Below the pieces are notes generated by a model, which saw only the letters and a program-made list of their open reading frames with translations, made no database searches and had not been told where the DNA came from. A stretch of DNA of 64,000 nt from a bacterium. GTDB taxonomy: Bacteria; UBA8248. The position numbers and the translations under genes were made by a program. Positions 19,948 through 29,062 of this stretch are shown one piece after another (the first letter of the stretch is position 1; every line of letters begins with the position of its first letter). The stretch covers positions 2,927,356-2,991,355 of the forward strand of contig OY843592.1 of the NCBI GenBank assembly GCA_963692865.2. The letters run 5' to 3'.

Positions 19948-21114
19948 TTATCTCGGCTTCCGCGCCACCTCGGCGAGCCTGCGCCGTCCCGCCCCCGAGG
20001 GTCTCAGCAGCCTGCCTCCCAGAACCACGTGCGTCGCCTCGAGCATTTGGTCCCCCTTGCGCCGCGCCCCCATGGAATCCTCGAAAACGAACCGGCCCTC
20101 GCGCATCCGGAACACGGCGGCGTCGCCCCGCGCGCCTTTTTTGAGCGTCCCCACCTCGCCCCCCAGGCCAATCCACTCCGCCGCCGTCTGCGTGCTGAGG
20201 CGCACTACTTCAGCAAGAGGGAAGCCCAGGGCCAGGAACTTGCTCATGAGGCTGGGGAAATCATAAACCGGCCCGTGGATGCAGTGCGTGTGGAGGTCGG
20301 TGCTCAGGTTCCCCGGCATCAGCCCTTGCGCCATGGCGCGCTCCATGATCTCGAAGCTGAAGCTCGAACGCCCGTGGGCCACGTCGAGCAGCACGCCCGA
20401 ATCCCGCGCCTCCCACACCGCGCGGCGCACCCGGCCCCGCGTGTCGAGTATGTTCTCCCGCCTGCAGTGAAAGGCGTGCGTGAGCACGTCGCCCGGGCGA
20501 AGGCGCTTCAGGATGCTCGGTAAGGAAGAAGGCGTATCGCCTACGTGCGCCATGAGAGGGACTTTCAGGAACTCCGCCGCCTCGAGCGCCGCGTCCAGGG
20601 GCTTGGAGCCGCTGCGCTCCACCACGTTCTTGCTCAGGCGCACCTTCATGCCGATCAGGTATTTCCGGTGCGCCTCGTAGCACGCCACCGCCCTGTCCAC
20701 GCGCAGCGCGCGCATGTCGATGTTCTCGCCGAGGCCGTCTATCAGGAGTCCGCCTTCGGAGATGTTGAGATACGCGCGCACCGTCGGGCGCGCCTTCTCC
20801 AGGAACCACTCCTGAAAACCGGGATACGTCTGCGCCCCCGCGCTGCCGGTATCCACCGCCGTCGTCACGCCGCGCGAGAGCATGGCGGCGTCCAGGTTCA
20901 CGCCGTAGTGCGTTACGCCCTCGTAAAAATGGCAGTGGAGGTCGACCAGGCCGGGCGTTACGATCTTCCCCCGCGCGTTGAGCGTCTGCCTGCCCTTCGG
21001 TTCGATATGGGGCGCCACCCTTCGTACGCGGCCGCGCGCTATCTCGACGTCCATCGTTCCCTCCAGATTCTGGGACGGGTCGATCACGTATCCGCCGCGT
21101 ATGACGAGGTCCAT
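19948..21114 (-). CDS. amidohydrolase/deacetylase-family metallohydrolase (dihydroorotase-like)
   Basis: MDLVIRGGYVIDP...VTPGLVDLHCHFYEG (HxH metal site) and ...HAFH... Confidence 0.85.
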   Translation of the reverse strand: MDLVIRGGYVIDPSQNLEGTMDVEIARGRVRRVAPHIEPKGRQTLNARGKIVTPGLVDLHCHFYEGVTHYGVNLDAAMLSRGVTTAVDTGSAGAQTYPGFQEWFLEKARPTVRAYLNISEGGLLIDGLGENIDMRALRVDRAVACYEAHRKYLIGMKVRLSKNVVERSGSKPLDAALEAAEFLKVPLMAHVGDTPSSLPSILKRLRPGDVLTHAFHCRRENILDTRGRVRRAVWEARDSGVLLDVAHGRSSFSFEIMERAMAQGLMPGNLSTDLHTHCIHGPVYDFPSLMSKFLALGFPLAEVVRLSTQTAAEWIGLGGEVGTLKKGARGDAAVFRMREGRFVFEDSMGARRKGDQMLEATHVVLGGRLLRPSGAGRRRLAEVARKPR

Positions 21115-21210
21115 GCGGAAAACTCCTCAGAGAAACGGAGCGCATGCCGAGAGGTTCGGCGCACGCCGGAGCAAAAAAGTTAACTCGGGGCATTATTCCC
21201 CCCGAAAGCG

Positions 21211-21240
21211 TTGACATGCAATCACTGCGGAGTGGATTAT
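21211..21240 (+). promoter_or_regulatory. candidate sigma70-type promoter for the acyl-CoA dehydrogenase operon
   Basis: TTGACA (21211-21216), 18-nt spacer, GATTAT (21235-21240), ~55 nt before the ATG at 21295. Pattern match only. Confidence 0.3.
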
Positions 21241-21294
21241 GAAACCCTGGAATTTGGCGCTTTCTCAAAATAATCAAACCACCGGAGCCAAGAA

Positions 21295-22467
21295 ATGAGC
21301 CTGCAAACGGAAACCACGCTGCAATTCGACCTCGACGAAACCCAGAAGATGCTCCGCCGGACGGTGCGCGAACTCTCGGAGCGCTACATCGCCCCGCGCG
21401 CCGCCGAGATCGACGAGAACGAGGAATACCCCGAGGACATCTTCCAGCTCCAGAAAGAATACGGCCTGCTCGGCATCTTCTTCCCCGAGGAATACGGGGG
21501 CGGCGGCATGGGTTTTCTGGGCGGCTGCGTCGCCATCGAGGAAATAGCCCGCGTCTGCTCGAACTCCCCGCTGTTCATCGTGCTCAACATGCTATCGAGC
21601 CGCGTCATCGACCTGAGCGGCACGCAGGAGCAGAAAGACCACTACATGACGGGCCTCGCGAAAGGAGACCTCAGAGGCTCCTACGCCCTCACCGAACCCC
21701 ACGCGGGTTCAGACGCCGGCAACATCCGCACCCGCGCCGTCAAGGAGGGCGACGAGTGGGTGCTCAACGGCACCAAGTGCTTCTGCACGGGGCCGGACAA
21801 GGCGGATTTCATCACCGTCGCCGCCAAGACCGACCCGCACGCGGGAACGCGCGGCATCACCTACTACATCGTGCCCACCGACGCGCCGGGCTTCAGCATC
21901 GCCAAGCACGAGCGCAAGATGGGGATGCGCGGCATCGCGACCTGCATGCTCAACCTCGACAACGTGGCCGTCCCGCTCGAGAACCAGGTGGGCGAGCTCA
22001 ACGCGGGCTTCAAGACCGCGATGATCGGCTTCAACCAGATGCGGCCCGCCATCGGCTCGCGCGCGGTGGGCCTGGCCCAGGGATGCCTCGACTACGCGGC
22101 AAACTACGCCAAGGAGCGCGAGGCGTTCGGGAAGCCCATCGCCCAGCACCAGGCCGTGCAGTTCATGCTCGCCGACATGTTCATGGACATCGAGGCGGCG
22201 CGGCTGCTCGTCTACCGCGCGGCCGCCATGGTGGACGCAGGGAAAATCGGCAAGGAGAACGCCAGGTATTTCTCCACGGCCAAGACCTACGCGGCCGACA
22301 TGGCGATGAAGTGCGCGATAGACAGCATCCAGGTGCTCGGCGGCGCGGGCTACATGAAGGACCACCCGCTCGAGCGCTTCATGCGCGACGCCAAGCAAAT
22401 CCAGATCGTCGAGGGAACGAGCCAGATACAGCGGATGATCATCGCCCGGAACCTGCTCGACCTATAG
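21295..22467 (+). CDS. acyl-CoA dehydrogenase
   Basis: 390 aa. ALTEPHAGSDAGNIRT, QVLGGAGYMKDHPLERFMRDAK and EGTSQIQRMIIAR are ACAD signatures. Confidence 0.95.
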   Translation: MSLQTETTLQFDLDETQKMLRRTVRELSERYIAPRAAEIDENEEYPEDIFQLQKEYGLLGIFFPEEYGGGGMGFLGGCVAIEEIARVCSNSPLFIVLNMLSSRVIDLSGTQEQKDHYMTGLAKGDLRGSYALTEPHAGSDAGNIRTRAVKEGDEWVLNGTKCFCTGPDKADFITVAAKTDPHAGTRGITYYIVPTDAPGFSIAKHERKMGMRGIATCMLNLDNVAVPLENQVGELNAGFKTAMIGFNQMRPAIGSRAVGLAQGCLDYAANYAKEREAFGKPIAQHQAVQFMLADMFMDIEAARLLVYRAAAMVDAGKIGKENARYFSTAKTYAADMAMKCAIDSIQVLGGAGYMKDHPLERFMRDAKQIQIVEGTSQIQRMIIARNLLDL

Positions 22468-22479
22468 GAGCGAGCCGAG

Positions 22480-23646
22480 GTGACGGGAAGTCCGGATTCC
22501 GGGGGCGCGTTCGAACTCAAACCGGCCCAGCGGATGCTGGCCGAGACGGTGTATGAACTGAGCCGCCGCCACGTCGCGCCGCGCGCCGCCGAGATCGACG
22601 AGAACGACGAATACCCCGAAGATATTTTCGAACTCCTGAAATCCCACGACCTGCTAGGCCTCTACGTTTCCGAAGCCTACGGCGGGGCGGGCCTCGGCAT
22701 TCTGGAAACGTGCGTCGCCATCGAGCAGATGGCGCGTTTTTGCTCGAACTCCCCTCTTTTCTTCTCCGTCCACCTGCTCGCCACGCGGCCCGTCGCCATC
22801 GGCGGAAGCGAGGAGCAGAAGCGGACCTACCTCACCGGCGTCGCTCGGGGCGAGTTGCGGCCCGCCTTCTCGCTCACCGAACCGCACGCGGGTTCCGACG
22901 CCGCGAGCATATCGACGAGGGCGGTCCGGGACGGGGATTCGTGGGTCATCAACGGCCAGAAGTGCTATTGCACGGGGTCGAGCGTGGCGGACTTCATCAC
23001 CGTGGCGGCGAAGACCGAACCCGGGATGGGAGCGAGGGGGATATCGTTTTTCATCGTCCCCAGGGGCGAGTTCCGCGTGGGGCGGCACGAGCGCAAGATG
23101 GGGATGCGGGGCATCCCGACGTGCGAGGTTTTTCTCGAAAACGCGCGCGTTCCCCTTGAAAACATGATCGGCGAACAAGGCCTGGGCTTCAAGACCGCCA
23201 TGCTCGGCTTCAACCAGGCGCGGCCCGCCATCGGCGCGCGGGGCGTGGGTCTGGCGCAGGGGTGTCTCGATTGCGCCGGAAACTACGCAAAAGAGCGCGA
23301 AGCCTTCGGAAAACCCATCGCGCAGCATCAGGCGGTGCAGTTCATGCTCGCCGACATGTTCATGGAAACGGAAGCGGCCCGTATGCTCGTTTACCGCGCC
23401 GCCTCGATGGTGGATAATGGCCGCTACCAAAAAGAAGACGTGCATTTCATCTGCGCCGCGAAATGCTACGCCACCGACGCCGCCATGAAGACCGCCGTAG
23501 ACGGCGTTCAGGTGCTCGGCGGCGCGGGCTATATGAAAGACCATCCGCTCGAGCGTTTCATGAGAGACGCCAAGCAACTGCAGATTATCGAGGGTACCAA
23601 CCAGATACAGCGCATGGTCATCGCCCAGAATTTATTGAGTCTATAG
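22480..23646 (+). CDS. acyl-CoA dehydrogenase (tandem paralogue)
   Basis: 388 aa. Collinear with the upstream ACAD over its whole length (SLTEPHAGSDAASIST, QVLGGAGYMKDHPLERFMRDAK). GTG start. Confidence 0.95.
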   Translation: MTGSPDSGGAFELKPAQRMLAETVYELSRRHVAPRAAEIDENDEYPEDIFELLKSHDLLGLYVSEAYGGAGLGILETCVAIEQMARFCSNSPLFFSVHLLATRPVAIGGSEEQKRTYLTGVARGELRPAFSLTEPHAGSDAASISTRAVRDGDSWVINGQKCYCTGSSVADFITVAAKTEPGMGARGISFFIVPRGEFRVGRHERKMGMRGIPTCEVFLENARVPLENMIGEQGLGFKTAMLGFNQARPAIGARGVGLAQGCLDCAGNYAKEREAFGKPIAQHQAVQFMLADMFMETEAARMLVYRAASMVDNGRYQKEDVHFICAAKCYATDAAMKTAVDGVQVLGGAGYMKDHPLERFMRDAKQLQIIEGTNQIQRMVIAQNLLSL

Positions 23647-23674
23647 TTCCAGTTCTTCACCACGGAGATTCGAG

Positions 23675-24283
23675 ATGAGCCAGATGATTGAAATCCTGCA
23701 GCCCACCTCCTTCATCCGCGCGGGCGACCACCCCCTCGCGGAGCGGCCCGAGGACATCGGGGGCCTCAGGGTCGGCTTCTTCCACAACAACAAGCCCAAC
23801 GCCGACGTCCTGCTCGAACAGGTCGAGGAGCTTTTCGCGCGCGAAGACGAGACGCTGCGCGTCGTCCGCTGGGGAAAGCCGAACCCCACCCTCCCCGAAG
23901 ACCGGATTGAGGAATTCATCGAACAGGTGGACGTGGCCGTCTGCGCGGTGGGCGACTGAGGGAGCTGCACGTCATGGAGTATCCATGACTCGGTGGTGAT
24001 GGAGAAGGCGGGCGTCCCCACGGCCACGTTCTGCTCCAGCGAATTCTCGGCCCTGGGCGCGAACGAGAGAACCGCCCTGGGCATGCCCGGCCTCCCGATA
24101 GTCGTCGTGGCGCATCCGGTGGGCGGCATCGCGCCCGAACAAGCGCGCGCCCTGGGCGACGGCGCCGTGGAGGAGATTCGGCGAATCCTCACGAGCGACG
24201 CCGAATCGCTCAGGCGGGAATACCGCGAGCGCGAATACGTCCCGCCCCGCAAGACGGTGCGCCACAAGGCGCTCTTCGCTTAG
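23675..24283 (+). CDS. UGSC-motif selenoprotein (in-frame UGA at 23957-23959 read as Sec)
   Basis: ORFs 23675..23959 and 23993..24283 are in the same frame (offset 318 nt). Read-through gives ...VDVAVCAVGD-U-GSCTSWSIHDSVVMEKAGVPTATFC... A hairpin follows 11 nt after the [11 protein letters not shown] before the ATG. Confidence 0.75.
23971..23989 (+). promoter_or_regulatory. candidate bacterial SECIS hairpin
   Basis: GTCATGG-agtat-CCATGAC, a perfect 7-bp stem with a GU-containing loop, starting 11 nt 3' of the UGA at 23957. Confidence 0.6.
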
Positions 24284-24295
24284 GCGGGCCAGACA

Positions 24296-25372
24296 GTGAA
24301 CGATCACTCTCAGGAGAATATCGTGTTCGAGAGCGAGCGCGTGAAGGTGCGCGACACGCCCGAGGCGATGGCGCGTCTGCTCGAAGCAAGAGGCTGGGGC
24401 GACGGCCTGCCCGTCGTCCCCCCCACGCCCGAGCGCGTCGCCCGGATGGTGGAGGGCGCGGGTCTCGCGCCCGATGCGGAGATCGGCCTCATGCCCCCTC
24501 GGCAGGGAGTCGTCACGGTCGAAGTCCTCGCCGTGAACGCCGTGATGGCAGGCTGTCTTCCGGCATATATGCCCGTTCTCGCGGCAGCGGCCCGCGCGGT
24601 GCTCGAACCCGAGTTCTCGCTACACGCGATTCAGGCGACGACCCACCCGGTGGCGCCCCTCATCATCGTGAACGGCCCCATCGTCGAAGATATCGGCTTG
24701 AACGCCGAGTATGGATGCTTCGCCCCCGGCAACCGCGCGAACGCGACGATTGGCCGAGCGATGCGCCTGACGCTTCTGAACGTGGGCGGCGCGAGCCCCG
24801 GCGTTCTGGACCGCGCCACGCAAGGCTCACCCGCCAAATACGCGTACTGCATCGCAGAGAACGAGGCGGCCTCGCCCTGGGAGCCGCTCCACGTCGAGCG
24901 CGGTTTCTCTCCCGGTGATAGCGCGGTGACGCTCGTGGGCTGCGAGGGTCCCCACAACATCAACGATCACGTGAGCCATACGGCGGAGGGAATACTCGCC
25001 ACCGCCGCCGACACCATGGCCGTCATGGGGTGTAACAATTTCTATCTGCGCGGCGAGCCCGTTCTCGCCCTCGGCCCCGAGCACGCGGCCACCATCGCGG
25101 GTGACGGCCTCACAAAGGCGGACGTGAAGCAGAGAATTTTCGAACTCGCCCGAAAGCCCGTGCGGCAGTTAAAGCGCGGCGCCATGTGGGGGATGCAGAC
25201 CTGGGGCGAGGAGATAGCCGAGCACGAAGACGACGATGATTTCGAGATTCCCCTTCTCGACGGGCCCGAGGACCTGCTCCTTATCGTCGCGGGCGGCGCG
25301 GGCAAGCACTCGTGCTGCATGCCCACCTTCGGTCCCACGCGCTCGGTGACCCGGAAGATCGACACCACCTGA
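24296..25372 (+). CDS. conserved protein of unknown function (358 aa), probably co-transcribed with the UGSC selenoprotein
   Basis: Clean 358-aa ORF 12 nt after the UGSC stop, with normal codon bias for this genome (...LLEARGWGDGLPVVPPTPERVARMVEG...). No domain recognised. GTG start. Confidence 0.7.
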   Translation: MNDHSQENIVFESERVKVRDTPEAMARLLEARGWGDGLPVVPPTPERVARMVEGAGLAPDAEIGLMPPRQGVVTVEVLAVNAVMAGCLPAYMPVLAAAARAVLEPEFSLHAIQATTHPVAPLIIVNGPIVEDIGLNAEYGCFAPGNRANATIGRAMRLTLLNVGGASPGVLDRATQGSPAKYAYCIAENEAASPWEPLHVERGFSPGDSAVTLVGCEGPHNINDHVSHTAEGILATAADTMAVMGCNNFYLRGEPVLALGPEHAATIAGDGLTKADVKQRIFELARKPVRQLKRGAMWGMQTWGEEIAEHEDDDDFEIPLLDGPEDLLLIVAGGAGKHSCCMPTFGPTRSVTRKIDTT

Positions 25373-25870
25373 TAAGGGATTGTTGAAAGACCCTGCCTGC
25401 AGAACCCTGAAGAAGATAGAAATTGCCGGTTCGCTCACTGCCTTGAATCGGGCGCTTTTCCCTCACCCCGAGCAGTAGCCTCCCGACTCGCCTCATCCTG
25501 AGTAGCGGCGAAGCCGCGTATCGAAGGTCAATCGCAACCAATGCGGGAGCGATTGCCTCTCGCCCGGCGCGAAGCGCTCGACTCCCCTCGTCCTTCGATA
25601 CAAACGCTCCTTCATCGGGGCCGTTGAAAAAGCCTGTTCCGGGGTCGGGCGGACACACAGGTCCGCCCCTGCGTTTCGTTTCGCAGAGGTTGGCAGGTCA
25701 GACATATATGTCTGGTATATCATGCGACCCGTATTGTGAAGGCGAAAAGGCAGGGCCGCATGATATGCGGCCCCTACGGCGGGATACCGACCGGCCCGCA
25801 AGGGGTTTTTCAACAACCCCTTCTCAGTCGCGTTTGACCTTCGGCGGCTACTCAGGGTGAGGAGGGGTGG
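25373..25870. repeat. intergenic mosaic of interspersed palindromic repeat modules
   Basis: GTTGAAA(A/G) modules at 25376-25395, 25621-25632 and, inverted, 25806-25820. 37-bp module CCTCATCCTGAGTAGCGGCGAAGCCGCGTATCGAAGG at 25491-25527. GTCAGACATATATGTCTGG at 25697-25715. Confidence 0.8.
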
Positions 25871-26000
25871 TTGCGCGCCAAGGCGGCAAACGCGTCGTCA
25901 ATGCCAAGCGATGAAAGAGAAAATACCGCCGTCATTCCGGCATCAATTCCGACCCATGAGGAAGGGATGGTTATTTTGAAAACCGCTCTTTTTCGGAAGT

Positions 26001-26600
26001 CTAGCAAGCCGCTTCCGGCGGCGGCAACATGGCTTCCACCTGTCCGACGATGGATTGCGGAAAACTCCGATCGGGGGAGACGCGCGCCAACACCCTGAGT
26101 CCGAGAAACAGACCGAACAAAGATTTCGCCGTTTGGTCCGGAACAACTCGGGGGCATATCTCCCCGCAAGCCTGCCCCCGCTTGATGGAAGCGTGAAAAA
26201 ACTCCGTCATGCCGGCGAACGCGCCGGCCACGAACGAAGCCACCTCTTCATCATGCGCCCCGAGCTCGAGGGCGACGTTGACTTCGAAGCAGCCCTCGCT
26301 CGACTCGTTGTCCACAGCCTTCGAGGCGACCGCTTTGAATACAGAGATCACCGCTCTGCGCGGCGAAGAATCCTTTTCGAGTTCCTGTATCGGAACTACG
26401 CGGTAAAACCGGTCGTAATGGTAAAGCGCCCGCAAGAACATCTGACGCTTGCCGCCGAACGCATGGTACAGGCTGCCTCGCAAGAGACCCGTCGCCTTCT
26501 CCAGATCCCGAATCGACGTCGCCGAATAGCCATAGCGCCAAAACTGATCCATTGTTTTCGTCAAAATTTCGTCCATATCGAACTTTGGCGCTTTCCCCAT
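26001..26600 (-). CDS. TetR/AcrR-family transcriptional regulator
   Basis: N-terminal HTH ILTKTMDQFWRYGYSATSIRDLEKATGLLRGSLYHAFGGK. 199 aa. Confidence 0.9.
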   Translation of the reverse strand: MGKAPKFDMDEILTKTMDQFWRYGYSATSIRDLEKATGLLRGSLYHAFGGKRQMFLRALYHYDRFYRVVPIQELEKDSSPRRAVISVFKAVASKAVDNESSEGCFEVNVALELGAHDEEVASFVAGAFAGMTEFFHASIKRGQACGEICPRVVPDQTAKSLFGLFLGLRVLARVSPDRSFPQSIVGQVEAMLPPPEAAC

Positions 26601-26915
26601 GGGTCCTCTCTTCGTTTTTCCCCGTTTTTACGCCGAATCACGGAATTCCTGCTAACGCCATGTCAAAGCTGTAGCGGCTCAAGCCAGCCCACCAATTTGA
26701 TGGTTAGCACACGGGCAAGCCCGTTTCAAGAAAAATCGTTCCCCGGCGGATTATTCCCCGGGAAGCGCTCGTGCGCCTGCGTTTAGAGTCTTTTTTGCCC
26801 GGTGGCGCGGGATAAATCCATTCATTTGCATTGCCTCGTGTTCGGCCCCGTGCTAGATTCTCGTTTCCGGGGAAGCCGACCTTTCTTTTCTGCCGAGACG
26901 CGGGAGGAACAACCC

Positions 26916-27308
26916 ATGGCGAAGCAACGAATCGACTCCGACAAGGTGAAGCCTGTCGCCGCGTATTCCACGGGCTGGAAGGTATCGAACGGACATCTCA
27001 TCATGCTGGCGGGCCAGGTGGCGGTCGCCGTGGACGGCAACACCATCGGCGGCGACGACATCCGGGCACAGACCCGGCAGGTGTACGAGAACATCAAGGC
27101 CGCGCTGGAGGCGGCGGGCGCCGGGATGGCGGACATCATCCGCCTCACGGTCTATATCACCGATCCTGCGAATGTCCCGGGATGTATGGAGGTGCGGCAG
27201 ACCTACTTCGGCGAACCCTACCCTGCGAGCACGCTCCTGATCGTGAGCGGCCTGGCGAAACCGGAGTGGCTCATCGAGATCGACGCGATCGCCTTCGTGG
27301 AAGACTAG
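26916..27308 (+). CDS. ridA: RidA/YjgF-family reactive-intermediate deaminase
   Basis: Start moved to the ATG at 26916 behind GGGAGGA. AAYSTGWKVSNGHLIMLAGQVAV...IRLTVYITD...PASTLLIVSGLAKPEWLIEIDAIA. Confidence 0.9.
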   Translation: MAKQRIDSDKVKPVAAYSTGWKVSNGHLIMLAGQVAVAVDGNTIGGDDIRAQTRQVYENIKAALEAAGAGMADIIRLTVYITDPANVPGCMEVRQTYFGEPYPASTLLIVSGLAKPEWLIEIDAIAFVED

Positions 27309-27312
27309 AAAC

Positions 27313-28167
27313 ATGAGCAGCCGCAGGGCCATCGCCGATACGCTCGTGCTCGTCAAGGGAGGCGGAGACCTCGCCACAGGCGTCGCGCACCGTCTGTACC
27401 GCGCGGGGTTTCCACTCGTTATCACCGAAATTGAAAACCCCACCATGGTGAGGCGCACCGTCTCCTTCGCCGAATGCCTCTACGCCGATGGATGGCAAGT
27501 AGAGGGCGTAACCTCCGCCCGGGCGGACGGCGAAACTCCCTCGGAAAAAGCAATGAGCGCGCGCGCCATCCTGGAGGCGGGTTCGATTCCGGTGATGGTG
27601 GACCCGCGCGCAGACGCAATCGCCCACGTCCGGCCCGCCGTCGTGGTCGATGCGATTCTGGCGAAGCGGAACCTCGGCACGCGCATCGATGACGCGGAGG
27701 TCGTGGTCGGCCTGGGGCCGGGCTTCACGGCGGGCGTGGATTGCCACGCCGTCATCGAGACCTCGCGGGGGCATGACCTGGGACGGGTGATTCTGGAGGG
27801 CGCGGCCAAACCGAACACGGGCGTTCCGGGGCCCATCGGCGGCTACACCACCGAGCGGCTCTTGCGCGCTCCCAAGGCCGGCGTCTTCACCTCCATCGCC
27901 CGAATCGGCGACACGGTGCGCGCGGGAGAAGCCGTCGCCCGCGTGGACGGCGAGGAGGTGCGCTCCGCCATCGACGGCGTTTTGCGCGGGCTTCTGAGAG
28001 ACGGCATCGAGGTGAGCGACGGCTTCAAGGTGGGCGACGTCGACCCGAGGGCCGAGCCCTCCCATTGCCACACGATATCGGATAAATCGCGCGCCATCGG
28101 CGGCGGCGCGCTCGAGGCCATCATGATGTTCCTGTTCGGCGTTTCAGCCATGGAGTATGCGAATTGA
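27313..28167 (+). CDS. yqeB: YqeB-family selenium-dependent molybdenum hydroxylase system protein
   Basis: LVLVKGGGDLATGVAHRLYRAGFPLVITEIENPTMVRRTVSFAECLY matches my recollection of the YqeB-family N-terminus. ~284 aa. True TGA stop at 28165-28167. Confidence 0.78.
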   Translation: MSSRRAIADTLVLVKGGGDLATGVAHRLYRAGFPLVITEIENPTMVRRTVSFAECLYADGWQVEGVTSARADGETPSEKAMSARAILEAGSIPVMVDPRADAIAHVRPAVVVDAILAKRNLGTRIDDAEVVVGLGPGFTAGVDCHAVIETSRGHDLGRVILEGAAKPNTGVPGPIGGYTTERLLRAPKAGVFTSIARIGDTVRAGEAVARVDGEEVRSAIDGVLRGLLRDGIEVSDGFKVGDVDPRAEPSHCHTISDKSRAIGGGALEAIMMFLFGVSAMEYAN

Positions 28168-29048
28168 GTACCGAGATATTGAGTGAAACGGTGGAAAACG
28201 GCGTCTACAACATCGGACGCAGCGAAATCCCCATCAACGAGACCAACGGCAACTCCTTCGTTCCCCCTGCGCAGTTCTATCTGGCGGCGGGCGACGCGCT
28301 CGAGCGCATCGCGTGGGCGGTGAGCCAAAACCTGCCCGTCCTCCTCGTGGGGGAGACCGGCGTCGGCAAGACCCTCTCGGTGCGCCACCTCGCCCACATG
28401 ACGAACAACGGCTTCCGGCGCGTGAACCTAAACGGCATGACCACGGTCGATGAGTTCGTGGGCAAGCTGATGATCAACGAACAGGGCACCTACTGGGTGA
28501 ACGGCATCCTGGTCGACGCCATGGAATCGGGCGACTGGCTGCTTATCGACGAGATCAACGCATGTCTGCCGGAAATCGCCTTCTGCCTGCACAGCCTGCT
28601 CGACGACGACCGCATGATCGTCTTGTCCGAATACGACGGCCGCATCGTCAAGCCCCACCCGAATTTCAGGCTCTTCGCCAGCATGAACCCGCACGAGGAC
28701 CGCAGATACGGCGGCACCAAGCCCCTGAACGAGGCGCTTCTGGATCGCTTCCCGGTCACCGTGAAGATGGACTACCTGCCTTTCGAGGCGGAAGTCGAGG
28801 TCATCATGCAGCAGAGCGGGAACCGCGACGAGGAGCTCGTCAAGCGCATGGTGCGCGTGGGCCACGACGTGCGCGAGGCCATGCAGAACGAGAAGGTGTT
28901 CTGCACGTTCAGCACCCGGCGCCTCATCGACTGGGCGCGCATGGCGGCGCAGTTCGACCCCATGGAAGCCGCCGTCTCGACGATTTTCAGCAAGGTCAAC
29001 TCTTTCGACGCCAAGGTGCTCGAGGACATCGTAGACAACCACTTCTAG
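28164..29048 (+). CDS. AAA+ ATPase, AAA_5/MoxR class (CoxD/CobS/NorQ-like)
   Basis: Walker A LLVGETGVGKT, Walker B WLLIDEINA, NPHEDRRYGGTKPLNEALLDRF sensor/arginine region. TTG start overlapping the yqeB stop. Confidence 0.88.
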   Translation: MSTEILSETVENGVYNIGRSEIPINETNGNSFVPPAQFYLAAGDALERIAWAVSQNLPVLLVGETGVGKTLSVRHLAHMTNNGFRRVNLNGMTTVDEFVGKLMINEQGTYWVNGILVDAMESGDWLLIDEINACLPEIAFCLHSLLDDDRMIVLSEYDGRIVKPHPNFRLFASMNPHEDRRYGGTKPLNEALLDRFPVTVKMDYLPFEAEVEVIMQQSGNRDEELVKRMVRVGHDVREAMQNEKVFCTFSTRRLIDWARMAAQFDPMEAAVSTIFSKVNSFDAKVLEDIVDNHF

Positions 29049-29062
29049 CCGGGAGATGAGGC

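Noticed and set aside
23957-23959. Global reassignment of TGA (code 4/25) as the explanation for the in-frame TGAs
   Set aside because: TGA clearly terminates other well-defined genes here (for example yqeB at 28165-28167 and the partial gene ending at 63826-63828). The genome is high-G+C, unlike known TGA-recoding lineages. Each in-frame TGA is followed by a hairpin at SECIS distance and sits at a redox-motif position.
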